Position numbers and translations under genes: made by a program. A DNA stretch of 64,000 bases from an uncultured Thermococci archaeon. Lineage in GTDB: Archaea; CAYQAE01; CAYVLA01. Positions 57,711 through 64,000 of the stretch are shown here, piece after piece (the first letter of the stretch is position 1; each line of letters starts with the position of its first letter). The notes beneath the pieces are model-generated. The model did not search any database and was not told the origin of the DNA. It saw only the letters and a program-made list of their open reading frames with translations. The DNA lies in NCBI GenBank assembly GCA_964549615.1, contig CAZJVP010000051.1, positions 1 through 64,000 of the forward strand, given 5' to 3'.

Positions 57711-60077
57711 ATGAGCCGGCATATCCATGTCCTGCTCGCAGGGTTGGGTTTTCTGTGTCTGCTGCATCTGTGCATCGCCGACGCTGTGCAGACCTACATG
57801 GTTCCGATGAGGGATGGGGTGAGGCTGGCAACGGATGTCTACCTGCCGAGCGGGCAGGGCCCTTGGCCGACCATTCTAAGCCGCACCCCGTATGGCAGGT
57901 TCAGGATCGACGAGCTGACCGGGCGCGGCTACGCCGTGGTGACCCAGGACTGGAGAGGCTACTACGGATCCGAGGGCATCAAGATGCCTTTCGAGTCGGA
58001 TGGCTGGGGCGACCTCCAAGATGGGTACGATACGGTGGAGTGGATAGCGAGCCAGAACTGGTCGAACGGCAAGATCGGCACGTGGGGAGGATCGGCGCTG
58101 GGAATAACGCAGAACCTCATGGCCGGAAGCTACCCTCCACACCTCGTCTGCCAGCACATACTTGCCGGCGCGTCCGACCTCTACTCCCAGATGTTCTTCC
58201 AGGGCGGCGTCTTCCTGAAATCCATGGTGGAGTCCTGGTGGGCCGTGCACGGCACGCCCGAACACCTCGCGGAACTGCTGGCGCATCCCAGCTACGACCC
58301 AAGATGGGAGCTCTTGAACTCCGAGACGAGGGTCTCAGGAATGGCCTACCCCGCCCTGCATGTAGGCGGGTGGTACGACATCTTCCTGCAGGGCACCATA
58401 AACGCCTTCATGGAAAGGCAGTACAACGGCGGTCCGGGCTCGAAGGGCAACCAGAAGCTGGTCATTGGCCCCTGGTGGCACGGGGGGTTCGGAAAGACCA
58501 CGCAGGGTGAGCTGACCTTTCCGCCAAACTGCGTCTACACCGATGACTGGCTCGATACCTTCCGGCTCTACGACTACTGGCTAAAGGGCATCGACAACGG
58601 CTATACAGCCATTCCGACCGTTCGCTACTACGTGATGGGCGATGTTGACGATCCCTCGGCGCCAGGCAATGAATGGAGGTCTGCGGATGGGTGGCCCATC
58701 CAGCACACCAACATCTCCCTTTACCTATCCGAAGTTGGCCTGAGCTTCCAGCCCGGCCCGGCCGGCGCAAGAAGCTACCATTATGATCCGAACAACCCTG
58801 TCCCCACCGTCGGGGGCGCTAATCTGGTTCTTCCATCAGGTCCGATGGATCAAAGGAAGGTCGAGGAGAGAAGCGACGTGCTCGTCTTCACAAGCGAGCC
58901 CCTGGACTACCCCGTGGAGGTAACCGGGAGGGTCTTCGTGGAGCTCTTCGCATCATCATCGTGTCCCGACACCGACTTCATGGCTAAGCTGACCGATGTA
59001 TATCCCGACGGACGTTCGATGCTCGTGCTTGATGGGGCAATCCGTGCGCGACACAGAAACTCGATGGAGGCGGAGGATTTCATGGAGCCGGGCAACGTCT
59101 ACGAATTCAGGATCGATCTATGGTCGACCAGCATCGTGTTCAACAAGGGACACAGGATCAGGGTCGACATAACGTCCAGCAACTACCCCAGGTTCGATCC
59201 CAACCCCAACACGGGACATCCCTTCAGGGCCGACGCCGAGACGAGGATTGCCAATAACACCGTCTACTATGGGGAGCTGTACCCTTCGAGGATCGTATTG
59301 CCCTTGGCCGGCCCGGACACGGATGGCGATGGCCTCTACGACATCATGGATCCCTTCCCCCGCCGCGCCGGGCCGATGCCGACGCTGGAGGAAATGCACG
59401 GGGAGATGCAATCCCTAGATGGCTTGATCGCCTCGGTCAAGGACCTCAAGCTGCTGCGCATCTTGGAGGAGGGCAGCCGAGTTGCGAAGGCACGCTTGAC
59501 GGAAGGCGACCTAGTCGCCGCAGGGCACTTGGTGGACACCCTGGAGGCATGTCTGCCCTACGACCCCTACGAGATCTCGCTCGCGGAGGCGCGCGGGCTT
59601 GTGGACGCTGCTCTCGACGAGGCATCTGCGGCTTTGCGCGAGGGCAGGCTCCTAGACACGATCGAATGCGTACGGACGGGTTGGATGCTCGGTACCCTCA
59701 GGACCGGACTGGAGGGGGGTCGCGCGGGTCCCCTCCTCCGCTACCTCTCGGAAGCTCTGGACCTGTTGAGGGCCGGCCGATGCTCCGATGCAGGAAGGCT
59801 TGCGGGGTGGACCAATCGAACTGATGTCAGGTCGCTGGCCGTGAGAATCCAGATCGCCAAGGAGGCAGGGGCCGCCCCATCGGATCTGGCGATGATCGAG
59901 TCGATGATGGACTCGGCGAAGGACAGGTTCCTGCTGCGTCAGTTCGCTGGCTCGGACTCGATGCTCGCGATCATCGATCAGAGGCTTGCAAGCTTGGGAT
60001 TCCCGGTGGCCGAGAGATGGTCCCTCGCGTGTCTGGTTGCGGCCCTGCTGACGTATGGAAGGCGCAGGATCGTCTGA
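57711..60077 (+). CDS. Secreted CocE/NonD (S15) family hydrolase with C-terminal helical extension and TM tail
   Basis: MRDGVRLATD, RTPY, GGSALG, GWYD, GPWWH, PepX_C-like domain. Confidence 0.9.
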   Translation: MSRHIHVLLAGLGFLCLLHLCIADAVQTYMVPMRDGVRLATDVYLPSGQGPWPTILSRTPYGRFRIDELTGRGYAVVTQDWRGYYGSEGIKMPFESDGWGDLQDGYDTVEWIASQNWSNGKIGTWGGSALGITQNLMAGSYPPHLVCQHILAGASDLYSQMFFQGGVFLKSMVESWWAVHGTPEHLAELLAHPSYDPRWELLNSETRVSGMAYPALHVGGWYDIFLQGTINAFMERQYNGGPGSKGNQKLVIGPWWHGGFGKTTQGELTFPPNCVYTDDWLDTFRLYDYWLKGIDNGYTAIPTVRYYVMGDVDDPSAPGNEWRSADGWPIQHTNISLYLSEVGLSFQPGPAGARSYHYDPNNPVPTVGGANLVLPSGPMDQRKVEERSDVLVFTSEPLDYPVEVTGRVFVELFASSSCPDTDFMAKLTDVYPDGRSMLVLDGAIRARHRNSMEAEDFMEPGNVYEFRIDLWSTSIVFNKGHRIRVDITSSNYPRFDPNPNTGHPFRADAETRIANNTVYYGELYPSRIVLPLAGPDTDGDGLYDIMDPFPRRAGPMPTLEEMHGEMQSLDGLIASVKDLKLLRILEEGSRVAKARLTEGDLVAAGHLVDTLEACLPYDPYEISLAEARGLVDAALDEASAALREGRLLDTIECVRTGWMLGTLRTGLEGGRAGPLLRYLSEALDLLRAGRCSDAGRLAGWTNRTDVRSLAVRIQIAKEAGAAPSDLAMIESMMDSAKDRFLLRQFAGSDSMLAIIDQRLASLGFPVAERWSLACLVAALLTYGRRRIV

Positions 60078-60247
60078 CGCCGCCGTCTGGATCCTAGTTG
60101 GTGTCAAGAGGGTTGAGCACCGGTACGAAGATCGGGTGAGGCGGACGCGGCCGCCTCCGCCGAATCACTGTCTCCGGATGGGAGTGAGGAACGCCGGAAA
60201 AAGAGTTAAGAGGTTCCACAAGAGACGCACACTGCGGAGGGGGTAGG

Positions 60248-61495
60248 ATGCGGCCTTGGCAGTTTCCGGGCTGCCTCATACAAGGCTTTGTTGCGCTTGC
60301 CTTGCTTGCGCCGGCCTGCCTAGGAGCCGGAAGGCTCAACATCTTGGCCATCGGCCAGGTAATGCCCGGCGAATGCTTGGTCCCGATGTGGTTTGACGCC
60401 GATCCGCTGGTGAGCTACGTCCTCATACCGACCGATATCGACGTCATGGGCGGACAGGGCGTCGCGGGACAGCGCGTCATGGAGGATGCATGGCGCAGGT
60501 ACATAAGGATCTACTTCCCAAAGACCAGGCAAGCTCTTGTCCAGGGCTTTGAGTTCCTCGTTTTCCCCGACGGATACATCGAGCCCTTCACCGCCGCCCA
60601 GAAATCCGACATCAGGTACGCGTTGGAGAACGGCCTCGGGGCCTTCGTGACGATGGGCGGGGACCTTTCGGGTCCGACATACAAGTCCTATCCAGGTTGG
60701 AAGAACTCCGTGCTTTACGAGCTCATGCCCGTCGAGTTGACCGACAACATGAGGCAGGATGGATCTGTTTTCACCATCAAGGTGCTCAAGGATGACCCTG
60801 CCGTTCTTTCGGCTTTCATTCCCTTCGGCATAGAAAGGGTACCCGGATCCGGTTTCACCTACCTATATCCCAGGGAAGGCGCCACGACTTGGGCCCGGCT
60901 TTTCTCCAGCGGACTTCCCTTAGGGGCGCCAGGCGCCTGGCTTGTGTCCTGGAGGTGTGGGCCCAATGGCGGGGACTTCTGGACGGTTGCGGATGACCTT
61001 GATCATCCGTGGTGGTCGTTCCAGCGAAACCAATACAATATGGACATATTCCTCAACATTCTTCTGTATTCGACCGGCCGCAGGCTCCCCGACGACATCC
61101 TCCTGATCCATGACCTGCGGAATCGCTACTGGAAGTACAACCAGGAAAAACTCTTGTTGATGTCGCTGCTTGAGTTCGTGGATAGGTTCGGGGGAAACAC
61201 GCGGTCGATCGAGAACGAGATAGGGGCAGTGGACCAGGAGAAGGAGACGTCGTTTGACCAGTATAGGCGCCAGGAGTTCAGCGAAGCATTGGACACGATA
61301 GACGCAGCCATAAAGAGGATCCTAGAGACGGCAAACAACGCAATGAAGCTGAAGGACCGCGCCTTGATGTGGGTATACGTGACGGAGTGGTCTGCCGTTA
61401 CGGGGACGCTGGCGGTGTCGGGCTTGGTGGTCTACAGCCTCCTGGTGAAGAGGAGACTGTACAAGGAAGTGAGGGTTACTCGATCGGGAGCCTAG
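60248..61495 (+). CDS. Secreted, C-terminally anchored hypothetical protein (paralog of 35454..36731)
   Basis: RRYIRIYFPKT; FVDRFGGNT; TM plus KRRLYKEV tail. Confidence 0.8.
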   Translation: MRPWQFPGCLIQGFVALALLAPACLGAGRLNILAIGQVMPGECLVPMWFDADPLVSYVLIPTDIDVMGGQGVAGQRVMEDAWRRYIRIYFPKTRQALVQGFEFLVFPDGYIEPFTAAQKSDIRYALENGLGAFVTMGGDLSGPTYKSYPGWKNSVLYELMPVELTDNMRQDGSVFTIKVLKDDPAVLSAFIPFGIERVPGSGFTYLYPREGATTWARLFSSGLPLGAPGAWLVSWRCGPNGGDFWTVADDLDHPWWSFQRNQYNMDIFLNILLYSTGRRLPDDILLIHDLRNRYWKYNQEKLLLMSLLEFVDRFGGNTRSIENEIGAVDQEKETSFDQYRRQEFSEALDTIDAAIKRILETANNAMKLKDRALMWVYVTEWSAVTGTLAVSGLVVYSLLVKRRLYKEVRVTRSGA

Positions 61496-61528
61496 AAAAG
61501 TGGGTCTCGCCTTTTCCCCGTCGGTTGC

Positions 61529-62401
61529 TTAGGCTAGTGCTATCAATCCCACCCCGAGGGCCATGATCGCCGCCGCGATGAGCTTCAGGTTGGTTCTCTC
61601 CTCCCCCAATATCTCGAAGCCGAACAGGACCGCGAACATGATCGACGTCGAGCGAAGCGAGATGACGTATGAGACCTCGACCGTTCGCATGGCAAAGAGG
61701 ACCAAGAGATACGAGAAGATGCACAGGAAGCCCACCGCGATGGCTTGCCTCCAAGATTTCGACGCGCCCATCCGCATCCTCGCAAGTCCGTAGCGTCTGA
61801 GGAAGAGCGGTGAGAGGAGCAGGCCGCAGACCGTAAACGTCAGGTAGAGGTAGACCACGGGGTCGACCAGCGAAACGCCGACCTTGTCTATGGTCTGATA
61901 GAAGGATATGCAGAGACCCGTCGCGATCGCTGCTGCGGATGCGGGGCTTGCCAACCTGGCAGCCGTTTGCCCGAGAGACAGCCCGCCCTTGGCCGGTTGA
62001 TGGAAGAGATAGATGGATAGCATTGTGAGCAGAATTCCAGCCCAGCCGATGCTCGAGGGTCGCTCCCCAAGCAGCATGAGCGCCCAGGTCAGCGTGAGGA
62101 CAGGCGCCAGCCCCCTGGCCAGAGGGTAGGCGTGGGACAGATCACCCCGGGAGTAGCTCCTTCCAAGGAGCAAGAAGTAGAAGCAGTATACCGAGCCGGT
62201 GCCGAGGATGCACATCCATCCCTGCCAGGGGATATCCGTGCCGGGCGCGGTCAGGAGGAAGAGAGGAGTGTACAGCAGTATCGCAGCCCAGACATACAGA
62301 AATGAGAAGAGTGCTTTGTCTTCGGACTTCTTGAAAAGGAGGTTCCAGTAGGCATGGAGCAGGGCGGAGACCAAGACGAGGGCCACTGGGAATAGGATCG
62401 T
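61529..62401 (-). CDS. EamA/DMT family transporter (ACG start proposed)
   Basis: SALLHAYWN, GDLS.AYPLARG, GE motifs; about 10 TM. Confidence 0.88.
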   Translation of the reverse strand, partial: TILFPVALVLVSALLHAYWNLLFKKSEDKALFSFLYVWAAILLYTPLFLLTAPGTDIPWQGWMCILGTGSVYCFYFLLLGRSYSRGDLSHAYPLARGLAPVLTLTWALMLLGERPSSIGWAGILLTMLSIYLFHQPAKGGLSLGQTAARLASPASAAAIATGLCISFYQTIDKVGVSLVDPVVYLYLTFTVCGLLLSPLFLRRYGLARMRMGASKSWRQAIAVGFLCIFSYLLVLFAMRTVEVSYVISLRSTSIMFAVLFGFEILGEERTNLKLIAAAIMALGVGLIALA

Positions 62402-62591
62402 ACGATCACCGGCGGGTGCAGGTACGAGATACCCGGGGATATGAATCTCCTGTCGATCCCCATCGAGAACGCTGATATTCCAGAGCACAATCTCGAGTTG
62501 GGATCATGCGGTGGCGGGTTGATTTTGGTCCCAGTGTCAGGGGCGAGCGCTCACAAAGCTTTTTGAAAATCCGTCTCCAGTTGAGGTTCGC

Positions 62592-64000
62592 ATGTGGCGC
62601 GTCGAGGTCGCAGAGAACCCGGACTGGGGGTACGCCAGGAATCTCCAACTCGTCCTCAAGACGCATCTTGCGGAGTATTCGTCCTCCGTCTTTTCCGTCC
62701 CACTCGAGGCAGGCGGCCTGAGGTACTATGGCGGAAACAGGGACTATTCATGGCAGGGCTTGATCGTCGGTCCGATCGACGGCGTCCTATACAAGACGCT
62801 TGACGGGCTGTTCTACTCAACGGGGTCTCAGCTCGCGGCGAGGCATGTCTGGTACCAGCCCGGCGAGTTCTCGTACGGATATGAAGATCCGGCCGGACAG
62901 GCATTCGTGGTCAGGATCGCTTTGGATGACCTGCAGGGACGAATCTTTCTGAGGGCTGCGGCAAACAAGCCCTGCTGGTTCGCCGTCCCGCTGGATCTTA
63001 GGCCGGCGGAGAGGTGGACCGAGGCCAGCTACGCGGTCCGTTGGCTCGAAGGGAGCGTCGTGATCCAGAGCGACGCAGCGCCCGTTACGGTCACGATGCG
63101 AGGCTTCAGCGCAAGGCAGGACCTGAACATGTCCCTGAACTGGAGGTACAAACTCGGCGACGGGTTCAGGGAGATCAGGGACGGGCTCGTGGCCTTTTCT
63201 GAGCACCGACGGCCGATCCATCTGCCCTTTGCGCTCTACTGCCCAAATGGGCTTCTGGAGGTTCAGGTTGACGCTGAACCGCGCCTGCCGACAAACCTTC
63301 CTCGGGCGGAAAGTCGCGCTGCGGTTCGCCTGGGAACCGGCAGGGTGGCCCAGGCCTTACGGTTGCGCATCGAGAACCTTGGCACCTTCGGAATCCCCGT
63401 CGCCGGAACATGGTTTCCCGAGGCCGGAGCCTGGTGGTTCAGGAAGCCGTGGATCAGGGACGCGATCGAGGGGCTGAGATGGAACATCAGGACCTACGTA
63501 GAGATCCTCGGGCGCTCTGGCCCCGTGGGTTCGCTGGTGCTCGGGCTGCTGGACCTGCTCGAATCCCGCGGGGGGCTTCCCATCATATACGGCGAGGGGG
63601 GATGCTTTTCAAGCGATGCGCCGCCGCTCCTTCTGACCGTTGCTTGTGAACTGGCCCGTCTAGGTCAAAGCCGGAACCTTGCGCTGAGGGCCGTTGACGT
63701 GGCGCGACATGTCTGCGAAAATCTTCTTGCTGGCAAATCCGTCTCAGGTTCGGTCTTGGCAGACTCCGTCATCTGCTGCCCGGCGAGTTCATCTTGGCTC
63801 GATTCCGTCATCTCTCTGGGCGGCATTAGATGGCCCACCAGGATTCCGCGATCTTGGGCCGCAGAGGGCCTTGATCCGCGCTCAAGCGAGTTCGGGTTGG
63901 TCGAGGTCAATGCCCTCTACATCGAGTCGCTTGGCAGGGTGCTCGAGTGCGCGGCGGAGATGGGCCTCGGTGTGTCGGCCGTACTGGAGCAGGTGGCCGG
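62592..64000 (+). CDS. Glycogen debranching enzyme-like protein (amylo-alpha-1,6-glucosidase), truncated by window end
   Basis: Open frame from ATG 62592 (GAGGT RBS); EAGAWWFRKPWIRD, SSDAP, SSWLDS, VEVNALY motifs; absent from the ORF track. Confidence 0.72.
   Translation, partial: MWRVEVAENPDWGYARNLQLVLKTHLAEYSSSVFSVPLEAGGLRYYGGNRDYSWQGLIVGPIDGVLYKTLDGLFYSTGSQLAARHVWYQPGEFSYGYEDPAGQAFVVRIALDDLQGRIFLRAAANKPCWFAVPLDLRPAERWTEASYAVRWLEGSVVIQSDAAPVTVTMRGFSARQDLNMSLNWRYKLGDGFREIRDGLVAFSEHRRPIHLPFALYCPNGLLEVQVDAEPRLPTNLPRAESRAAVRLGTGRVAQALRLRIENLGTFGIPVAGTWFPEAGAWWFRKPWIRDAIEGLRWNIRTYVEILGRSGPVGSLVLGLLDLLESRGGLPIIYGEGGCFSSDAPPLLLTVACELARLGQSRNLALRAVDVARHVCENLLAGKSVSGSVLADSVICCPASSSWLDSVISLGGIRWPTRIPRSWAAEGLDPRSSEFGLVEVNALYIESLGRVLECAAEMGLGVSAVLEQVA

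Overview
GC-rich archaeal chromosomal window, apparently from an uncultured lineage. Archaeal hallmarks are BRE/TATA promoters, GGTGA-type ribosome-binding sites, PriS, FAU-1, uS2, eS8, SRP19, Smc-ScpA-ScpB and an HMGS-thiolase-DUF35-HMGR mevalonate cluster. Most of it is housekeeping and metabolic genes plus several uncharacterised secreted or membrane-anchored proteins. Main points not shown by the ORF track: (1) four tRNA genes, all with introns, including a tRNA-Pro(UGG) with three non-canonical BHB introns and a tRNA-Ala(CGC) with two; (2) at least three genes whose best-fitting start is ACG (and one CTG) behind RBS-like motifs; (3) a HisI-PyrE fusion; (4) a cap-less FEN1-family nuclease; (5) an archaeosortase next to candidate substrates and a paralogous surface-protein family with a conserved C-terminal tail; (6) a lower-GC left end with a 10-6-10 recombinase-like palindrome, tRNA-3'-like fragments and two convergent paralogous small proteins; (7) a 35-aa membrane microprotein and a glycogen-debranching-like ORF running off the right edge. 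All calls come from reading the sequence by eye; no database searches were run.
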